This document shows positions 59,075 to 64,000 of a stretch of 64,000 nucleotides of DNA, one piece after another. Source of the stretch: Candidatus Fervidifonticultor sextus (GTDB taxonomy: Bacteria > Sysuimicrobiota > Sysuimicrobiia > Sysuimicrobiales > Humicultoraceae); NCBI GenBank assembly GCA_031459875.1, contig JAVKHQ010000007.1, positions 12,530-76,529 of the forward strand, in the 5' to 3' direction. The translations under genes and the position numbers were made by a program. The notes below the pieces were generated by a model. It ran no database searches, was not told the DNA's origin, and was given only the letters and a program-made list of their open reading frames with translations. Every line of letters starts with the position of its first letter. Position 1 is the first letter of the stretch.

Positions 59075-60189
59075 TGGGGCGTCGGGTGCCGGCGGAACTG
59101 GAAGGCCGCGTGCGGGCGGTACGGGAGGTGTGCGGCCTGTCCCAGGCGGAGCTGGCGCGTGCTGCGGGGCTTTCGCGGCAGGCTCTGTCTGCCATCGAGT
59201 CGGGCCGTTACCTGCCCAACACCGCCGTGGCGCTCCGGCTGGCCCGGGCCCTGGGCTGCACAGTCGAGGACCTGTTCACCCCTCCCGTCCTCCCCGCACT
59301 CAGAGCGCGCCTGGCCGAGGACACCCCTACCCTCCGGGTGCGGCTGGGTCGGGTGCGCGAGGAGCTGGTGGCCTGGCCGTTGTGGGGTTGGGCAGCGCCG
59401 CTTCCAGCGGATGGTACCCTGAGGAGTCGGTCCGGACGCAGGGCCACGGTGGCCCTTCTCCCCGGGGCGGCGACGCTCGAGCGCATGCAGACCCTGTTTC
59501 TGGCTGGCTGCGACCCGGCCCTGTACATCGCAGCCGCGCTGGCGGAGGCGAGCGGGAAGGTGCGGGCGCACTGGATTCCGGTCAGTAGCGCTCGCGCCCT
59601 TCGGGCCCTTCGCGACGGCTTGGTCCACGTGGCGGGGACCCACCTCCACCCGCCTGAGGACCCGGAAGGCATCGAGACCATCCGCCGCATCGTAGGGCGG
59701 CTGCCGGCCGTGCTGGTGTCCCTGGCCCGGTGGGTGGAGGGGGTCGTGCTGAGGCCAGGGGCGCGGGTTCGCAGGCCCGAGGACCTGCTCCAAAGGGGAG
59801 TGCGCGTGGTGAACCGTGAGCAAGGTTCCGGCAGCCGTTTGCTTTTCGACCACTGGCTTGCGGGCGCGGGGGTGCCGGTCGACCGGGTGACGGGCTACCG
59901 CCGCGAACTGTCGAGTCATCTCGCAGTGGGAGAGGCGGTCGCCGGGGGGCTTGCCGATGCGGGCCCGGGGGTGCTGCCGGTGGCGCGCAGCTACGGCCTG
60001 GACTTCCTGCCCCTCGCCGAGCATCGATACGACTTGGTGATCCCCCGGGACCTCATCGACACAGAGCCCGTGCGGGTTCTGCTGGACGTCGTAACCGGTC
60101 GCCGGTTCCGTCAGCAGCTGGCGGTCATCGGAGGCTACGACCCGGCCCCAGCGGGCGGGGTGCGGACGCTGGAGGGCCCAGCAGGGTGA
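59074..60189 (+). CDS. XRE-HTH plus periplasmic-binding-protein-like (molybdate-sensing) regulator
   Basis: LSQAELARAAGLSRQALSAIESG; GCDPAL, HVAGTHL, VNREQGSGSR, EHRYDLVI. Confidence 0.88.
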   Translation: MGRRVPAELEGRVRAVREVCGLSQAELARAAGLSRQALSAIESGRYLPNTAVALRLARALGCTVEDLFTPPVLPALRARLAEDTPTLRVRLGRVREELVAWPLWGWAAPLPADGTLRSRSGRRATVALLPGAATLERMQTLFLAGCDPALYIAAALAEASGKVRAHWIPVSSARALRALRDGLVHVAGTHLHPPEDPEGIETIRRIVGRLPAVLVSLARWVEGVVLRPGARVRRPEDLLQRGVRVVNREQGSGSRLLFDHWLAGAGVPVDRVTGYRRELSSHLAVGEAVAGGLADAGPGVLPVARSYGLDFLPLAEHRYDLVIPRDLIDTEPVRVLLDVVTGRRFRQQLAVIGGYDPAPAGGVRTLEGPAG

Positions 60190-60965
60190 GGAGGGCCCTC
60201 CGGATTCTCCCGTTGGTGGCCCTGTTCTGTCAGACCCCAGCGGCAGGCCGGTCCCCGGAGGCGTTACTGGTGGCGGCCGCGGCGGACCTCCGGTATGCCT
60301 TCGAGGAGCTTGCGGAGGCGTTCCGCGCCCGCGCGGGCCTGCCCGTGACGGTGTCCTTGGGTTCCTCAGGCCAACTCGCCCACCAGGTGGAGCATGGGGC
60401 GCCCTTCGACGTGTTCTTCTCCGCCAACGAGGCGTTCGTCCAGCGGCTGGCGGAGCGGGGGGACATTCTGCGGGACACGGTCCAGCTGTACGCGGTGGGC
60501 CGCATCGTCCTGTGGGTACGCCGCGGAAGCGACCTGGCTCTCGATCGAGGGCTGACCGTCCTAGTGGATCGTCGGGTACGCTACGTGGCCATCGCCAACC
60601 CTGAACACGCTCCGTACGGGCAAGCCGCCCGTCAGGCCCTGGTGCGTTCCGGGGTGTACGAACCGGTGCGGCCGAAGCTGGTCTACGGGGAGAACGTCAG
60701 CCTGACCTTGCAGCTGGTCCAGTCAGGGAACGCGGACGTGGGGGTCGTGGCCCTGTCCCTGGCCCTGGCACCTCCGGTGTCCCGGCAAGGCCGATTCTGG
60801 CTGATCCCGCAGGAGTTGCACGATCCCATCCGCCAGGCTGCAGGCGTAGTCGCACGGTCTACCCGCCAGCGGCAGGCGCGGGCCTTCCTGTCCTTCGTGA
60901 ACGGCCCCGAGGGCCGGCCGGTCATGCGGCGTTACGGCTTCGTGCTCCCCGGGGAGGAGCGGTAG
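60186..60965 (+). CDS. modA: Molybdate ABC substrate-binding protein
   Basis: VAAAADL, GSSGQL, GAPFDVFFSAN, IANPEHAPYG, GENV. Confidence 0.93.
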   Translation: MRRALRILPLVALFCQTPAAGRSPEALLVAAAADLRYAFEELAEAFRARAGLPVTVSLGSSGQLAHQVEHGAPFDVFFSANEAFVQRLAERGDILRDTVQLYAVGRIVLWVRRGSDLALDRGLTVLVDRRVRYVAIANPEHAPYGQAARQALVRSGVYEPVRPKLVYGENVSLTLQLVQSGNADVGVVALSLALAPPVSRQGRFWLIPQELHDPIRQAAGVVARSTRQRQARAFLSFVNGPEGRPVMRRYGFVLPGEER

Positions 60966-60967
60966 CC

Positions 60968-61624
60968 GTGGACGCGGCACCCCTGTGGATCTCGGCCAAG
61001 GTTGTGTCCCTGGCCACCCTCCTGTCGGGCGCGGTGGGGATCGTGCTGGCGTACCTGTTGGTGGCTTTCAAGTTTCCGGGGCGTGGTGTGGTAGAAGCCC
61101 TGACGTCGCTACCCCTCACCCTGCCGCCCACGGTCCTGGGGTACTACCTTCTGGTTTTGCTGGGCCGCCGCAGTTCCCTTGGGGTTTGGGTGGAGTCCAC
61201 GTTGGGGGTTCCCCTGGTGTTCACCTGGCAGGGCGCGGTGGTGGCGGCCGCCGTCCCGTCGCTGCCGCTGGTGGTCCGCACCGTCCGGGCTGCATTTGCC
61301 GAAGTGCCCGTCGAAGTTCTAGAGGCGGCACGGATGGACGGAGCGGGGTGGCTGCACCAGTTCACCAACGTCCTCGTCCCGCTGGCCCGGAGAGGCATCG
61401 TAGCGGGCCTGTCTTTGGGCTTCGCACGGGCTCTGGGGGATTTCGGGACCACGTTGATGGTGGCCGGAAACATCCCCGGACATACCCAGACCCTGCCCAT
61501 CGCGTTGTACGACGCGGTTCAGGCGGGCCGATGGGACACCGCATCGGCACTCGCCCTGCTGCTGGCCGCGGTGGCGGTGGGGGTGCTGGTGGCGGTGGGT
61601 CGGCTCGGGGAGCGGGTGGTCTAG
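60968..61624 (+). CDS. modB: Molybdate ABC permease
   Basis: LPLTLPPTVLGYYLL, FARALGDFGTTLMVAGNIPG, QTLPIALY. Confidence 0.94.
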   Translation: MDAAPLWISAKVVSLATLLSGAVGIVLAYLLVAFKFPGRGVVEALTSLPLTLPPTVLGYYLLVLLGRRSSLGVWVESTLGVPLVFTWQGAVVAAAVPSLPLVVRTVRAAFAEVPVEVLEAARMDGAGWLHQFTNVLVPLARRGIVAGLSLGFARALGDFGTTLMVAGNIPGHTQTLPIALYDAVQAGRWDTASALALLLAAVAVGVLVAVGRLGERVV

Positions 61625-61625
61625 C

Positions 61626-62471
61626 TTGAAGGTTGCCAACTTGAGGATCCCGCCTCCCGGGCTCAGGGGACGCCCCCGGCGGCGCGGGCTGGCCTTCGGC
61701 ATCGGGTTTTCCGTAGGGGTCCTGGGAGGCCTCATCGGACTGGGAGGTGCAGAGTTCCGCCTTCCCGCGCTGGTGGCCTTGTTCGGCTACGGGCTGCGAC
61801 AGGCTATCCCTCTGAACCTCGCCGCCAGCCTGATGACACTGGCCGCCTCCTTGGCGGCGCGCAGCCTGACTCTCACCCTCGTGCCCGTGGTGCCTTACGC
61901 GGGGGCAGTGGGGGCGCTCCTGGTCGGCTCCCTCGGGGGGGCCCTGGCCGGTCCGCGGGTGGCGCAACGGCTCAGCAACGAACGGTTGCGCCGGCTGGTG
62001 ATCGCCTTGTTGGTCGCCATCGGAGGACTACTCATCGCGGAGACCTTCGTACCAGGCGTGCTGCCCGCGCTCCTGCCGCAGCAGGATGTGGTCCGGCTGT
62101 CCGCGGGGATCGGGTTAGGACTCGGCATCGGGTTGGTCAGTAGCCTCCTGGGTGTGGCGGGTGGGGAATTGCTCATCCCCACCCTGGTGTTCGGCTACGG
62201 GCTCGACGTTAAGACCGCGGGGACCGCCAGCGTCTTCATCGCGCTGCCTACGGTGACCGCAGGCGTTGCCCGGTGGGCACGGGTGGGAGGGCTGTCGGAC
62301 CGAGAGGCAATCCGACGGACCGTGCTCCCCATGGGTCTTGGCTCCGTCCTGGGCGCGACCGCGGGCAGTGCGATCGCCCGGGTCGCGACCTCGGAGCTGG
62401 TGAAGCTGTTGCTGGGCTTGTTGCTGATCGCCTCGGCGGTGCGCGCCTTTCGCGAGGCGGAAGGCCCCTAG
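61626..62471 (+). CDS. Sulfite exporter TauE/SafE-family protein
   Basis: GGLIGLGGAEFRLP and repeat SLLGVAGGELLIP, AGTAS. Confidence 0.88.
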   Translation: MKVANLRIPPPGLRGRPRRRGLAFGIGFSVGVLGGLIGLGGAEFRLPALVALFGYGLRQAIPLNLAASLMTLAASLAARSLTLTLVPVVPYAGAVGALLVGSLGGALAGPRVAQRLSNERLRRLVIALLVAIGGLLIAETFVPGVLPALLPQQDVVRLSAGIGLGLGIGLVSSLLGVAGGELLIPTLVFGYGLDVKTAGTASVFIALPTVTAGVARWARVGGLSDREAIRRTVLPMGLGSVLGATAGSAIARVATSELVKLLLGLLLIASAVRAFREAEGP

Positions 62472-62894
62472 CTAGCGCGCCGGCGGGACCTCCACCTCTA
62501 GCGAGCGGCGGGGGCCAGCGAGCCTCACCATCCAGTGGTTGAGCAGATCGCGCCCCAGCAGGGCCTCCCCGCCCACCCCCACCACCTCGACGATCCGTCG
62601 CCCACCCGCCGCCTCCACCTCGACGGCGAAGACCGGCACCCGGGCCGTCCCCGTCAGACCCCGGACCGTCACCTCGCCCACCTGAGGCAGGCCGAGCGCC
62701 AGGGGCAGGCCCTCGGGGAGCACGGTGAGGTCGGCGCCGCTGTCCACCAGGGCCGCCACCGCCGTGGCGGGCTCGGCGCGCGGCGGTCCCAGGCGCACCG
62801 GGAGGACGGCGGCCGGGGGGCTCCGGCGCACGTCGTAGGGGAAGGTGTGCGGCGCGGGTCCGGGCCGTCCCGGCCGCCGGGGCGAGGCGGCCAT
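62472..62894 (-). CDS. Retropepsin-like (clan AA) aspartyl protease
   Basis: ALVDSGADLTVLP catalytic motif and C-terminal LLGRDLL. Confidence 0.82.
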   Translation of the reverse strand: MAASPRRPGRPGPAPHTFPYDVRRSPPAAVLPVRLGPPRAEPATAVAALVDSGADLTVLPEGLPLALGLPQVGEVTVRGLTGTARVPVFAVEVEAAGGRRIVEVVGVGGEALLGRDLLNHWMVRLAGPRRSLEVEVPPAR

Positions 62895-62897
62895 CCG

Positions 62898-63386
62898 CTA
62901 CGCCTCGACCAGCCGCGGCGAGGGGACGGAGACGACCCGCTCCTCCGCCGTCACCTTCGGCATGAAAACGGGGCGCGGGCCGAGCCGGGCGAAGACCCGC
63001 CGCGCCAGCGCGTCGAAGTCGCGGTCATGGTCGATCACGCGGCCGCGGTCGACGGCCACGTACTGGCCTCGGTAGCGCCGCAGCAGGCGGTGGCGGTTGG
63101 CCTTGAACCAGCGCATGCTCTCGGCCAAGCGCCCTGTGGCGTCGGCCGCGGCCTTGCCGGTCCCGGCGCCTTCACGGGACGCCGATCCGGGGCGGCCGGA
63201 CGCACCGGGGCGGGTACCACCTGTGCGCCCCGGGCCAAGCAGCGGCACCGGTGCCCCCACCGCCTGCTGCAGCGCCTCCGCCACCAGGGCTGCCAGCGTC
63301 ACCCCACGCCGCGCCGCAGTGGCCTTCGCCTCCCGCACCAGCGCCTCGGGGAGGCCGCGCAGGTAGAGCGTCGTGCCGCGCGCCAT
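62898..63386 (-). CDS. RHH-like N-terminus fused to DUF5678-like C-terminus
   Basis: TTLYLRGLPEALVREAKATAARRGVTL...; WFKANRHRLLRRYRGQYVAVDRGRVIDHDRD...PVFMPKV; RBS GGAGGG, promoter TTGCCA-17-TAGCAT. Confidence 0.72.
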   Translation of the reverse strand: MARGTTLYLRGLPEALVREAKATAARRGVTLAALVAEALQQAVGAPVPLLGPGRTGGTRPGASGRPGSASREGAGTGKAAADATGRLAESMRWFKANRHRLLRRYRGQYVAVDRGRVIDHDRDFDALARRVFARLGPRPVFMPKVTAEERVVSVPSPRLVEA

Positions 63387-63499
63387 GTTCGTTCACCCCT
63401 CCCCCCATGCTAACCCAGATAACATGCGTTGGCAAGACCACCTGTGTCGCAGCATAGGTGGAGCTGATCCCCGAGGGGCGCGATCGAAAGCGGGCTGCG

Positions 63500-64000
63500 C
63501 TAGCCCGTGCCGATCTTCTCGCGCCACAGCGTCTGCAGCACCTCGCCGATGATCACCTGGAGCACCGCCGCCATCGGAACCGCCAGAAGTGCGCCGAGCA
63601 CGCCCATCAGTTTCGCCCCCACCATGATCGCCACGATCGTCAGCAGCGGCGACAGGCCCACGGTCTGCTTCATCACGCGCGGGACCAGGACGTTGTTCTC
63701 GAGTTGCTGGATGCCGGCAAAGAGGATCACGACGGCGATCAGGCGCCAGACCGGCCCGAAGAGCGCGACGAAAACGGCGGGGATCGCGCCCAGAACTGGA
63801 CCGATCATCGGGACGAGTTCGGTAACTCCGGCCGCCAGCCCCAGCAGAAATGGATAGGGCAATCCCAGAATCCAGGTCCCCAGGCCGGCGGCCAGGCCGA
63901 CGACGAACCCGAGGAACAGCTGCCCGCGCAGCCAGCCGCCGAACTTCAGGCCGATGCCCCGAAGCACCGACTCGACCTGCGCGTGGCGGGCCGGAGGAAA
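63500..64000 (-). CDS. AI-2E family transporter, 5' end outside window
   Basis: WLRGQL, ELVPMIGP, QQLENNVLVPRVM, VGLSPL, GALLAVP. Confidence 0.9.
   Translation of the reverse strand, partial: FPPARHAQVESVLRGIGLKFGGWLRGQLFLGFVVGLAAGLGTWILGLPYPFLLGLAAGVTELVPMIGPVLGAIPAVFVALFGPVWRLIAVVILFAGIQQLENNVLVPRVMKQTVGLSPLLTIVAIMVGAKLMGVLGALLAVPMAAVLQVIIGEVLQTLWREKIGTG

Overview
High-GC bacterial chromosomal window. A diderm thermophile-like lineage such as Armatimonadota is a guess from gene content only. From left to right it carries: (1) a sugar/compatible-solute and trehalose/glycogen block (ABC ATPase, GH63 hydrolase, M50-CBS protease, Usp, CPA2 antiporter, treS-maltokinase fusion, glgB, otsA-otsB fusion); (2) gltB with a long, structured 5' leader and no gltD beside it; (3) a small ORF coupled to a nucleotidyltransferase, resembling MenA/MenT, just downstream of queF-queT; (4) a lone xanthine-dehydrogenase-family Mo subunit and a putative beta-barrel; (5) tRNA-Ala(TGC) followed by a collapsed ~1.45 kb integrative element (tRNA 3'-end duplication, frameshifted integrase stub); (6) a surface-glycan cluster (GT-C, methyltransferase, adenylate-forming-like protein, GT2); (7) ybaK, a toxin-first RelE/Phd pair, a HelY-like helicase and an internally deleted vapBC; (8) a LacI-controlled sugar catabolic locus (isomerase, ribulokinase, TRAP, two DapA-like enzymes); (9) four minor-pilin-like genes; (10) an Lrp/racemase/peptide-ABC/M28 operon; (11) a NitT/TauT-like ABC pair; (12) a scar of gene fragments (carboxyltransferase and SOD N-termini) followed by a compositionally distinct molybdate module; (13) an RHH-DUF5678-like plus retropepsin-like protease pair; and (14) a partial AI-2E transporter. 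No CRISPR array or rRNA was seen. All family assignments come from motif recognition by eye; no database searches were run.
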